Source: Gammaproteobacteria bacterium
Lineage (GTDB): Bacteria; Pseudomonadota; Gammaproteobacteria; Eutrophobiales; Eutrophobiaceae
DNA: 64,000 nucleotides
Direction: 5' to 3'
Assembly (NCBI GenBank): GCA_965222155.1
Contig: CBDCTH010000004.1
Location: 384,001 to 448,000 of the forward strand
Shown here piece after piece: positions 41,465 to 50,898 of this stretch. A program made the position numbers and the translations under genes. Every line of letters starts with the position of its first letter. The first letter of the stretch is position 1. The notes below the pieces were generated by a model, which was given only the letters and a program-made list of their open reading frames with translations, had not been told where the DNA came from and did no database searches.

Positions 41465-41862
41465 ACACCGGCGCCAGCCTCTCGCACATTGTCCAGAGTA
41501 ATCCAGGACACCCATAAATCAGAGAATATTTGGGGTCAGAGTAAAAATACTCAACAATAAACCAGCGCCACCTGCCAGCCTGATTGTATTTTTACTCTGG
41601 CCCCATACATGTGTGAATCTGTTCGCAGCGACAATCTGGCGTGAGGGGCGCTCCACTCCTGCACGATGCAGGGGATCGTGATTTAAGAAAAAATTCTGTT
41701 CGCTATTGCAAGGACAAATGGATAAAGGGAAAACACAGCGAATTTCAAAACTTTTAATTCGGCTTGCATGTCAACATGGTTTTCCTGGTGGAAAAAGCCG
41801 CTTTTTACATGGATGGACAGGATAAGAGTATATTTTCCAAATAGCGCTCTTTTACTGTCAGG

Positions 41863-42399
41863 TCAACGCTGCTCATACTGACCCGGGGCTTCAGCTACGG
41901 CCTCTGCTACAACGCGCCGGCCGGTGATGGCTTCACGTAGGCCTTCAAACAAGCCTTGCAGGTGCGCTATGCCTACTTGTACATTTTTTATTTCTTCCCG
42001 TACGTCCTTGAATTCTGCCTGCATCTCTGTTCGTTGGGCCTGCATCTCTTCCCGCACGGCCTTGAACTCTTCTCGCACGGCTTTGAATTCTGCCTGGGTC
42101 TCTGTTCGTTGAGCCTGCATCTCTTCCCGCACTGCCTTGAACTCTTCCCGCACTGCCTTGAATTCTGCCTGGGTCTCCGTTCGTTGAGCCTACATCTCTT
42201 CCCGCACGGCCTTGAATTCTTCCCGCACGGCCTTGAATTCTGCCTGGGTCTCTGTTCGTTGGGACTGCATTTCTTCCCGTACGGCCTGTATTTCTTTCCG
42301 CTGGATACCCTGACCATTCAGGATGAGGGTGGCCAATCCTACGCTGACGCCGATAATTGTTATGCCGACGCTGATAATCGCTATTAATTCCATTGACAT
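41863..42399 (-). pseudogene. MSMELI-family paralog with one in-frame nonsense codon (CAG>TAG at 42190-42192)
   Basis: ORFs 42190-42399 and 41863-42153 share a frame; the neighbouring repeat reads GAG ATG CAG GCT where this one reads GAG ATG TAG GCT. Confidence 0.8.
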
Positions 42400-42872
42400 G
42401 TCGTGTTTCCCTCAGTCATCGTGTGTTGTCATCAGGTGTCCATTATGTCCCGGTTTTGAGCCATTTTCAATATAAAAGTACGTACTGATATTGTCATGTA
42501 GAAAATAAACCTGCCTGTTTTTCTAAGGAACTTAAAGAAAATAGGTATCCCGGATTACTTCCTGCTACACCATGTATGGGGCCAACACTTCCTTAAACCA
42601 GGACACCCATAAATCCTGTCCATCCTGTTAATCCATGTGAATTCAAGAGTAATCCAGCAAAGTAATCCAGGACACCCACAAATCATGATGGGTAGTGTCA
42701 ATATTTTCGTTATAAATGGATAACCTGCGGCGATTTGTGATAAAACCCACAAGCTCCTGGGAAAAATGTGTGGACAGGTTCAACGCATAGAATTATATTA
42801 AAGATAACTCAGAACCGGTAGATAACGGGCACGCGCTGACTACACACACAAGGAGACTAAGGAAAATACATC

Positions 42873-43256
42873 ATGTCAATGGAATTAATTGCCTTAATCG
42901 GTATCGGCGTGACGGTAATCAGTATCGGCGTTGCGCTGGCCACTCTTATTCTGAATACTCTACGCAACCTGCGGGCTGATATGCGAGCCCAGCGGGAGGA
43001 GACGCGGGCAGAATTCAAGGCCGGGCGGGTGGAGATGCGAGCCCAGCGGGAGGAGACGCAGGCAGAATTCAAGGCCATGCGGGAGGAGATTCAGGCCCAG
43101 CGGGAAGAAACGAAGACAGAATTCAAGACCCAGCGGGAAGCAATAATCAGTTTACTGGAACGCATGGCACACCTGGAAGGATTGCTTGAGGGTCTGCGAG
43201 AAGCGATCACAGGCCGACGCGTGGCTGAAGATGCAGGGAAATACGATCCGCGCTGA
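42873..43256 (+). CDS. MSMELI-family TM coiled-coil protein, 127 aa
   Basis: Paralog with conserved upstream region and C-terminus. Confidence 0.75.
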   Translation: MSMELIALIGIGVTVISIGVALATLILNTLRNLRADMRAQREETRAEFKAGRVEMRAQREETQAEFKAMREEIQAQREETKTEFKTQREAIISLLERMAHLEGLLEGLREAITGRRVAEDAGKYDPR

Positions 43257-43669
43257 ACACCGGCGCCAACCTCTCGCACATTGTCCAGAGTAATCCAGGA
43301 CACCCATAAATTATGTTGCCTTCAAAAGGTAGTTTCCCACATACTGTCAACCCAAGATAGAAATATCCCCATGTTGAGTAAGTCAGGGAGTGGTAGCGGT
43401 GGCGGAAGCAGGTGAGTGTTGCCGCCAGGGATAGTCAGATAAGAATATTTGGGGTCAGAGTAAAAATACTCAACCCTAAACCAGCGCCACCTGCCAGCCT
43501 GATTGTATTTTTACTCTGACCCCATACATGTGTGGGTCAAGCAACAGGGGTGTTAGGAACAAATAAACTGTCCGGTCCCGTATCGGTGTACGGGACAAGC
43601 TTTATCATGTTAGATTCCAGGAGGAATGATGACGCTGACAAGGTGGTTACAGGGGACGAGTCACACGTT

Positions 43670-44119
43670 GACCTTCAGGTGAAGGTCCTGGACTATGAAG
43701 CACAGCGTCCGTCGGGCAAGGTGCAGCAGTTTACCTGGGTGACCGATAATTCCCTGCATAGCGACACCCTGATGCGGCGGCTGCGCGGGGCGCGGGCGCG
43801 TGGGAAGAGTGAGAACGAGACAGTTACACCCCTGAAGCACCCAGGCGACCACGTTGAGCATACCCTCCAACACGGCTATCAGCACCTGTCCACGGTGCTG
43901 GCGTACCTGATGAGGCTGGCGTGTCTGATTGACCCGGTGCAGCAGCACTGCTGCGGGCTGTTTCAACAGGGGGTGGCGAAGCAGGGCTGCAAGCGTGACT
44001 TCTAGGAGAAACTGCGCAGCGTCTTCTCCATCTGGTTGTTGCCGGACTGGGAGACGTTGTATCGGGGTGCTGGCCTATGGCGCCGCCCCGACCGTGGTGG
44101 TGCCGTATGATACCGCTTG
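43670..44119 (+). pseudogene. Degenerate DDE transposase remnant
   Basis: FTWVTD...GARARGKSENET...EHTLQHGYQHLSTVLAYLM resembles the RARWKIENE..FEHNFGHG motif of IS transposases, but is degraded and stopped. Confidence 0.6.
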
Positions 44120-44841
44120 AGGGCGGGCCGGGGTCGAGCAGTTCAGGGTTCTAACCCGCATATCTCCACCGGTTGCCTACCATGACCTGAATTCGAGTAT
44201 TTTTCAATGATTTTATCCAGTGTGTAGGTGCTCCCGCTAAATCGCGAACACAGGGGGGACGGATTTAAATCTGTCCCCCAAGTTCCGCTGACCATAAAGT
44301 GGCATGTTTCCCTGGTAGGGAGGGCGTCTCGCCCTCCACGAGGGGAAGATGCCCTCGATCCCGGGAGTTAGCGGGAACTGTTGTTCAGTGTGTAGACGCA
44401 TAGTCGTAATGTCCCCTTTTTGTTTGAGAGAGGAGAAGGACGTTGACCAAATAGAGGGTCATGAGCATGGCAGAAATAGAACGGTTATAGGTGATCTGCG
44501 AGGTAGAGCAGAAGCGTCTTCGACAACGTCCCCTTCTTTGCACATGGATTAACAGGATGGACAGGATTTATGGGTGTTCTGGTTTAAGGAAGTGTTGGAA
44601 ACTACCTTTTGAAGGCAGCGTGATTTATGGGTGTCCTGGATTACTGCTTACTTGTGCGGGAATGGTCAGTAGGCGGTACATTTTACCCCCAAAATGACCC
44701 TTTTAAGCTCATTTATAGTCCCGTTTTAGTATTTATCCATAATATAATCAATGTGTTATCCAGAGTCATAAGGGTCCGACCCTAGAAGTCCAGACTCTCG
44801 AAGGCTACAGATACGTCTATCTGATTTATGGGTGTCCTGGA

Positions 44842-45102
44842 TTACTCTGCTTTTCGGACAAACGTCTTATACATCTCGTCTCTCCAGCTATAAATGCGCT
44901 TGTAGCCTTCCGCTACCGTTTGCTCTACCTTGTCTATCCTGTCGGAAAGTTTATTGATATCGTCCTTGGTGGCCATGTTGGCGGCCATGTTGGCGAGGTC
45001 GTCCTTGGTGGCCAGGTGTGAGGTGGCGTCTTTTACCAGGTTGGAAAAGGCGCTGGCGAAGGCCTCCATGCTGCCATTCGGTTGGGCTTCTTGATTTATC
45101 AT
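44842..45102 (-). CDS. Small ATKDD-repeat coiled-coil protein (identical to 33992-34252)
   Basis: Identical translation. Confidence 0.75.
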   Translation of the reverse strand: MINQEAQPNGSMEAFASAFSNLVKDATSHLATKDDLANMAANMATKDDINKLSDRIDKVEQTVAEGYKRIYSWRDEMYKTFVRKAE

Positions 45103-45172
45103 CGGGTGTACCTCCTTTTCTTACAACTTCCAGTTAATCGTTCAGGCAGTGTAGCTTGGCTGAGGCTCGTTG

Positions 45173-45439
45173 TCAATCGGGTTTTAACACTGCGCATTGT
45201 GCGACCTGACCCCGATCACTCCAGCTATAAATGCGCTTGTAGCCTTCCGCTACCGTTTGCTCTACCTTGTCTATCCTGTCGGAAAGTTTATTGATATCGT
45301 CCTTGGTGGCCATGTTGGCGGCCATGTTGGCGAGGTCGTCCTTGGTGGCCAGGTGTGAGGTGGCGTCTTTTACCAGGTTGGAAAAGGCGCTGGCGAAGGC
45401 CTCCATGCTGCCATTCGGTTGGGCTTCTTGATTTATCAT
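45173..45439 (-). CDS. Tandem duplicate of the ATKDD protein with altered C-terminus
   Basis: 337-bp tandem duplication; identical until KRIYSW. Confidence 0.65.
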   Translation of the reverse strand: MINQEAQPNGSMEAFASAFSNLVKDATSHLATKDDLANMAANMATKDDINKLSDRIDKVEQTVAEGYKRIYSWSDRGQVAQCAVLKPD

Positions 45440-45689
45440 CGGGTGTACCTCCTTTTCTTACAACTTCCAGTTAATCGTTCAGGCAGTGTAGCTTGGCTGA
45501 GGCTCGTTGTCAATCGGGTTTTAACACTGCGCATTGTGCGACCTGACCCCGATCACTCGATCACTCCATTTGTCACCGACCCCTTTTAATAAAACAGAGG
45601 CCGATTTAACCGGGTTGTGCCCGGTTAAACCGCCCCTGTGATCGTTTACTTCCGTGAATTCAGGAAGATGGCTTCAATGCTCAGGTTGA

Positions 45690-48600
45690 TCAGAGGATGA
45701 AAACATCATCTGTCAGATTGTCATCTGCTAGGCTGACTATACTACCTTCTAGATATATCTCCAACTCTTTAGCGTCCTCAACGCTATTATCTTGTATTCC
45801 AATTTTCCCTCCGCCAAAATCAGTCAGATCGATTACGACGCTTTTCCCTCGTACTTCTATGATATCCTTCAGAGCATCAGCATTAAGGTTTCTGAAAGCT
45901 GACAGGTCAATGCGATCGGCGATATCACGATCGAACTCCAAGATGAGATCATCCCCATGTCCATCATCGGGGCTGAATACGAAAGTGTCATTGCCATCGC
46001 CGCCATCCAGTATGTCATCGCCAGCGCCGCCATTCAGTGTGTCATCGCCATCACCGCCATCCAGTGTGTCTTTGCCGGCACCGCCGTACAGCATGTCATT
46101 ATCGCTGCCGCCTCCCAGTTTGTCATCACCGGCGTCGCCCATCAGTGTGTCATCGCCATCACCACCCTCCAGCGTGTCACCGCCATCACCGCCCTTGAGG
46201 GTATTGGCATTTCTGTCTCCAGTCAGAAAATCAACTTGAGCAGACCCGGTAAGGTTCTCGATATTGGAAAGCACATCGCCAGCGGCGCCATTTTCGGCAG
46301 CAGCATCACCAGTACCAATTTCGTCTCCAATGATGTCTTTGCCCAAAGTCACAGCAACGCCTGCTCCTGATGCTTCATAGGATACGGTATCACCGTCTTC
46401 CTTATCACCGTCCTTTGGATTATCCATATTGTGGCCACCGCCATTAATCACGTCGACCCCTTCACTGGCAATAAACGTATCATCATTTGCAGACCCCTCG
46501 ACTTTCTCAATATTGACAAGCGTATCGCCATCGGCATCGCCTGCGGTACCTCTGCCGGTAGCCAGGTTCACCGTCACTCCCGCCTCTGCGTCGGTGTAAG
46601 ATGCGATATCCATAGAAGCATCGTTTTCCCCTGGATCTTCTCCACCATCAAGCCTGTCGGCGCCAGGGCCGCCGTTAAGCGTATCCGCTCCGGCACCGCC
46701 CTTGAGGGTATCATCACCGGCGTTGCCGGTGATGATGTTGTCCCTGTAGTCACCGGCCAATGTGTCATTATGCATAGAGCCGGTAGCGTTCTCGAAGGTG
46801 GAGACGTCAATTTCGTCTGTCGGATTGTTGTCGTCTTTGTCCCCATCATGGTCCGTTTCAACAGTCGCAATAGTATCGCCGTTGGCATGACCGCCGGAAA
46901 CCCTGGCGCTAGCCAGGTTTACCGTGACGCCAGCGTTCGAACTCGCATAGGACAAGGTATCTTTGAGATCCGAGACTTGATTATCTGCCTTAGACTCACC
47001 ACCGTCCAACTCGTCGGCTCCGGCACCGCCTTCCAGTGTATCAGCGCCCAAGCCACCGACCAGCTCATCATCACCATCACCGCCCTTGAGCACGTTGTCT
47101 CCGCCGTTGCCGGTCAGGTCGTCATCGTGAGTAGACCCAGCGATATTTTTGAAGCCAGTGGCTTCATCGCCTGAAGCGTGACCCCTGGAGGCAATTGCAG
47201 CCTCATCGTCGCCATCACGCAGCGTTACCCTGACCCAGTCATCCGAGCTGGCATAGGACAAGGTGTCCTCTCCTCCTCCACCTTTAAGAGTATCACCACC
47301 CTCGCCGCCTTCAATGATGTTATCTTCTGTATCACCGGTCAGCGTGTCGTCGCCCTGAGACCCGATAATGTTCTCAACGTTCTCAATCTTTACGTTACTC
47401 GCAGATTCTGTATCTCCAAGGATCCTGATAACTCCTTCCTCTAACTTCGCATAAGATACGGTGTCGTTTTTACCATTATCAGTTGTGTCGTCTTGATCAT
47501 CACCATCAATCGCCTTGTCATCCTTATCTGCGTGAATGGTATCATCACCAGCGCCGCCCTCGTAGGTGTCTTCACCCGGGCCGCCCCAGAGCACGTCATT
47601 GCCGTCGCCGCCTTCCAGCGTGTCTTCGCCGGCACCGCCGAACAACATGTCATCGCCAGCATCACCATGCAGCGTGTCCTTGTTAGTGTCGTCACCTTCG
47701 CCATCACCACCACCCGGGCCACCGTACAGCTTATCGTTGCCAGCGCCACCCTTGATTACGTTATCCCTGAAGTCGCCCGCCAGTATATCGTCGTGAGCAG
47801 AACCCTTAAGATTAATTATATCGGGGAGGTCTTCATCTTGATCATCGCCATCTTCATCCGTATACTTCGCAGTTACCATCCCGCCAAAGGTATCGCCTTC
47901 GGCGTCGCCGCCCATGGCCTTGGAAGCATGAAGACGTACCGTCACGGCCATCTCCGAACTGGCGTAGGACGCGGTATTGTCACCCTTGCCGCCGGTCAGT
48001 TCGTCCGCGCCGGCGCCGCCTTCCAGCGTGTCATTGTCATCTCCACCGTCCAGAGCATCGTCACCGGGGCCGCCAGACAGGGTGTCATCGCCGGCGCCAC
48101 CGTTCAGTTCATCATTGCCACCCAAGCCCCAGAGTTTGTTGCCCACATCATTACCGGTGAGCCGGTCATCATACATGGAACCCTGAACGTTCTCGATCTG
48201 ATCACCCTTCTCGTCAACAATCTCATCTCCATCGGCGTCGCCACCCTTGGCCGTGCCGGTGAGCAGGTTTATGGTGACGCCCTTTATTGATTTCTCGTAA
48301 GATATCGTGTCATCGCCGCCGCCGCCACTGAGCGTATCGGCGCCCGAACCGCCTACGAGCAGGTCATCACCGTCGCCGCCTTTCAAATCGTCGTTACCGC
48401 TTCCGCCCTTCAATTCGTCGTTACCTTTACCCCCATCAATCTTCTCTCCTGCGTCGGTGCCGTCGAGTTTGTCTGCCAAATCAGTACCGGTAATATCCGC
48501 AGGACCTACGGCCTTCTCTGTCACCGTAACCGTGTAAGCGCCCTTATTGTCCACTAGCGGGTTACCCGTATAGGCGCTGACGCTGATGTAGTATTTGGCG

Positions 48601-48932
48601 TCCTCTTCCGGGGTGAACATCACTTGCGAGTTGAGCATCCCCTTGGCGCCGTCAACGTCGTCATTATCTTCAACAATGCCACCCTTTGAATCGAGGAGTT
48701 TCAGGATGGTGTCATTCACTCCACCCGTATCATCGCCTTTCACGCCGATTGTGTACTCTTTCCCCGCTCGCAAATCAATTACGATCCAGTCTACATCGGA
48801 CGAGTCGTTAAGTGTGCCCGTAAACGTGTTATTTTTCTCATCGAATGAACCATCAGAATGCGGTGCGAAGCCGAACTCGGTGTCGAGAGCTGCAGGCGCA
48901 TCTTGCGGTGATTTCTCAATTGAAATTGGCAT
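45690..48932 (-). CDS. RTX Ca-binding repeat surface protein, copy 2 (intact, 1080 aa)
   Basis: PPC-like N-domain, many GGxGxDxLxG repeats, T1SS-type C-terminus ..DDVFIL; no signal peptide. Confidence 0.9.
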   Translation of the reverse strand: MPISIEKSPQDAPAALDTEFGFAPHSDGSFDEKNNTFTGTLNDSSDVDWIVIDLRAGKEYTIGVKGDDTGGVNDTILKLLDSKGGIVEDNDDVDGAKGMLNSQVMFTPEEDAKYYISVSAYTGNPLVDNKGAYTVTVTEKAVGPADITGTDLADKLDGTDAGEKIDGGKGNDELKGGSGNDDLKGGDGDDLLVGGSGADTLSGGGGDDTISYEKSIKGVTINLLTGTAKGGDADGDEIVDEKGDQIENVQGSMYDDRLTGNDVGNKLWGLGGNDELNGGAGDDTLSGGPGDDALDGGDDNDTLEGGAGADELTGGKGDNTASYASSEMAVTVRLHASKAMGGDAEGDTFGGMVTAKYTDEDGDDQDEDLPDIINLKGSAHDDILAGDFRDNVIKGGAGNDKLYGGPGGGDGEGDDTNKDTLHGDAGDDMLFGGAGEDTLEGGDGNDVLWGGPGEDTYEGGAGDDTIHADKDDKAIDGDDQDDTTDNGKNDTVSYAKLEEGVIRILGDTESASNVKIENVENIIGSQGDDTLTGDTEDNIIEGGEGGDTLKGGGGEDTLSYASSDDWVRVTLRDGDDEAAIASRGHASGDEATGFKNIAGSTHDDDLTGNGGDNVLKGGDGDDELVGGLGADTLEGGAGADELDGGESKADNQVSDLKDTLSYASSNAGVTVNLASARVSGGHANGDTIATVETDHDGDKDDNNPTDEIDVSTFENATGSMHNDTLAGDYRDNIITGNAGDDTLKGGAGADTLNGGPGADRLDGGEDPGENDASMDIASYTDAEAGVTVNLATGRGTAGDADGDTLVNIEKVEGSANDDTFIASEGVDVINGGGHNMDNPKDGDKEDGDTVSYEASGAGVAVTLGKDIIGDEIGTGDAAAENGAAGDVLSNIENLTGSAQVDFLTGDRNANTLKGGDGGDTLEGGDGDDTLMGDAGDDKLGGGSDNDMLYGGAGKDTLDGGDGDDTLNGGAGDDILDGGDGNDTFVFSPDDGHGDDLILEFDRDIADRIDLSAFRNLNADALKDIIEVRGKSVVIDLTDFGGGKIGIQDNSVEDAKELEIYLEGSIVSLADDNLTDDVFIL

Positions 48933-49104
48933 AACTTTTTTCTCCTGTGCTATCAGATAGAAGTAAACGAATTCTTTTGGTTTATCGCATTACCAAGCAA
49001 TAAAAGCGCCGTGATTGACAGTTATGACCTCTTATATTGATATACTCCACAATTTTCTTGCAGTGAAGCGTCAATAAAATGAACCAACTTTGAGGATGTT
49101 AATC

Positions 49105-50073
49105 ATGATGAAACCAATCGAAAGCGAGAACAGTTTTTATGAGGACGTGCTTTTTTCAGCATTAGCGAACAATACCCGTATTGCCTACAACAAGGGCTGG
49201 TCCTGTTTTCAAGACTACTGCGTGGAGACAGACGTCAATCCATTATCTGCGACGCCCGCTCAGGTAGCTGAATTTTTTATTGACCTTGGGTCACGCGCCA
49301 ATACATCCAGCGGGAAAAAGTTATCAGTTGGCACACTTATTCTGTATAGGAGCGCGATAAACAGGCAGTATGTGGAAGCATACAAACCTTCACCCACCAA
49401 CCATCCAAAGGTGAATGCCGTCCTGAAAGGATTGGCGCGGATGCGCGGAACTGCGCCGCGCCGGGTGCAGGCTTTGCGGGAGTATCATATCTTGTGTATG
49501 TTGGAGCAGTGTGGAAACAGCCTGATCGGGCTGCGCAACGCGGCGATTATTTCGCTTGGTTTCTCGGGTGCCTTACGCAGGTCTGAAATATGCGCTCTCA
49601 CTATCGACGATATTCAAATCATTCCGCCACTCAATGGAGACGATGCCCGTAAAATGTTTGTTCATATCCGAAAATCGAAAACAGATCAGGAAGGGAGGGG
49701 ACAACGCATCGCTATTCCGGAGGGTCAACGGATAAAACCGATAAAACGATTGGATGATTGGCTTCAGGCGTCAGGCATCACGCAGGGGTACGTGTTCCAG
49801 ACGATGAGACGTGGGGGTCATTTGCGTGGACGTCCTTTGCATCATTCGGATATTCCTCGACTGCTGAAGCACTACGCCAAAGCTATTGGTCTGAACCCCG
49901 GTGAGATCGCCGGCCACTCACTACGGGCAGGCTTTGTGACCAGTGCGGCTGTTCACCATGCGCGTCTGGACAAAATCATGGAAATTACGCGACACAGCAA
50001 CCCGGAAACGGTCATGAGATACATTCGGGACGTGGAGTTATTCAGAGATCACGCCGGAAAGGATTTTTTGTAA
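49105..50073 (+). CDS. Tyrosine recombinase (Cre/phage-integrase-like)
   Basis: SAM-like N-domain; catalytic R (GALRRSE), K (KSKTDQ), HSLR, H (TRHS), Y (MRYIR). Confidence 0.9.
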   Translation: MMKPIESENSFYEDVLFSALANNTRIAYNKGWSCFQDYCVETDVNPLSATPAQVAEFFIDLGSRANTSSGKKLSVGTLILYRSAINRQYVEAYKPSPTNHPKVNAVLKGLARMRGTAPRRVQALREYHILCMLEQCGNSLIGLRNAAIISLGFSGALRRSEICALTIDDIQIIPPLNGDDARKMFVHIRKSKTDQEGRGQRIAIPEGQRIKPIKRLDDWLQASGITQGYVFQTMRRGGHLRGRPLHHSDIPRLLKHYAKAIGLNPGEIAGHSLRAGFVTSAAVHHARLDKIMEITRHSNPETVMRYIRDVELFRDHAGKDFL

Positions 50074-50201
50074 GACATAAGTGCCCTCCTTCAGGCTCAT
50101 TTCATATTGGAAAATACTCATATTGAAAATATCCCAAATTCGGGAGATAATAGACACCACGATGTCTAAGTGAAACGCAACATGTTAACGGAGGATAACC
50201 A

Positions 50202-50630
50202 ATGACGGATCAACAAGACAAACTTAACGGCAGCGCGCAAACATTTATCCGCGCGTTTTCCGACCTGATAAAGGATGCCACGTCTCACTTGGCCACCAAG
50301 GATGACATAGCCAACATGGCCACCAAGGATGACATAGCCAACATGGCCACCAAGGACGACATAGCCAACATGGCCACCAAGGACGACATAGCCAACATGG
50401 CCACCAAGGACGATATAGCCAACATGGCCACCAAGGACGATATAGCCAACATGGCCACCAAGGACGATATAAATCAACTTTCAGACAGGATAGACAGGGT
50501 GGAGACCCACCTCAACCGGCAAATAGTCACGACCAATAAAAACATGCAGGCGCAGTTTGCCCAACAGGAGAAGAAAATCGCCGAGATTAATAGAAAGCTG
50601 GACGAAGCCGGCTATATGAACACGCGCTGA
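50202..50630 (+). CDS. ATKDD-repeat coiled-coil protein with 7 x 27-bp repeats
   Basis: ATKDDI x7 (six full ATKDDIANM units); N-terminus homologous to the MINQEAQ proteins; RBS ggagga. Confidence 0.75.
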   Translation: MTDQQDKLNGSAQTFIRAFSDLIKDATSHLATKDDIANMATKDDIANMATKDDIANMATKDDIANMATKDDIANMATKDDIANMATKDDINQLSDRIDRVETHLNRQIVTTNKNMQAQFAQQEKKIAEINRKLDEAGYMNTR

Positions 50631-50898
50631 CTTCACAACGAAACATGTCATACGAAAAAATATACAAGGAGAGAGGGCCATGAGTATAATGATTGCAGAA
50701 ATTTATGCAGCCCTGGTAGAAGCCGGAGCGTCCGATTTGCCATCGCCTACTGAAATTTTTCTTAACGCCGGCATCTCGCGCATCATCCCGGACAGATTTT
50801 ATCCTTTTCATAAGGATAAAAATGCCGTATATTAGTCTGCCGACATCCGAATTTAGCTATACTCTCCCGTATCAGGTGATACCCCGGTAATTTCAGCT

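Noticed and set aside
39728-43256. Diversity-generating retroelement behind the paralog family
   Set aside because: No reverse transcriptase in the window; differences are repeat-unit indels, not adenine-specific substitutions.
49105-50073. Integron integrase (IntI) explaining the cassette array
   Set aside because: The sequence resembles Cre-like resolvases; I could not see the IntI-specific insertion or attC (RYYYAAC...GTTRRRY) sites. An IntegronFinder run would settle it.
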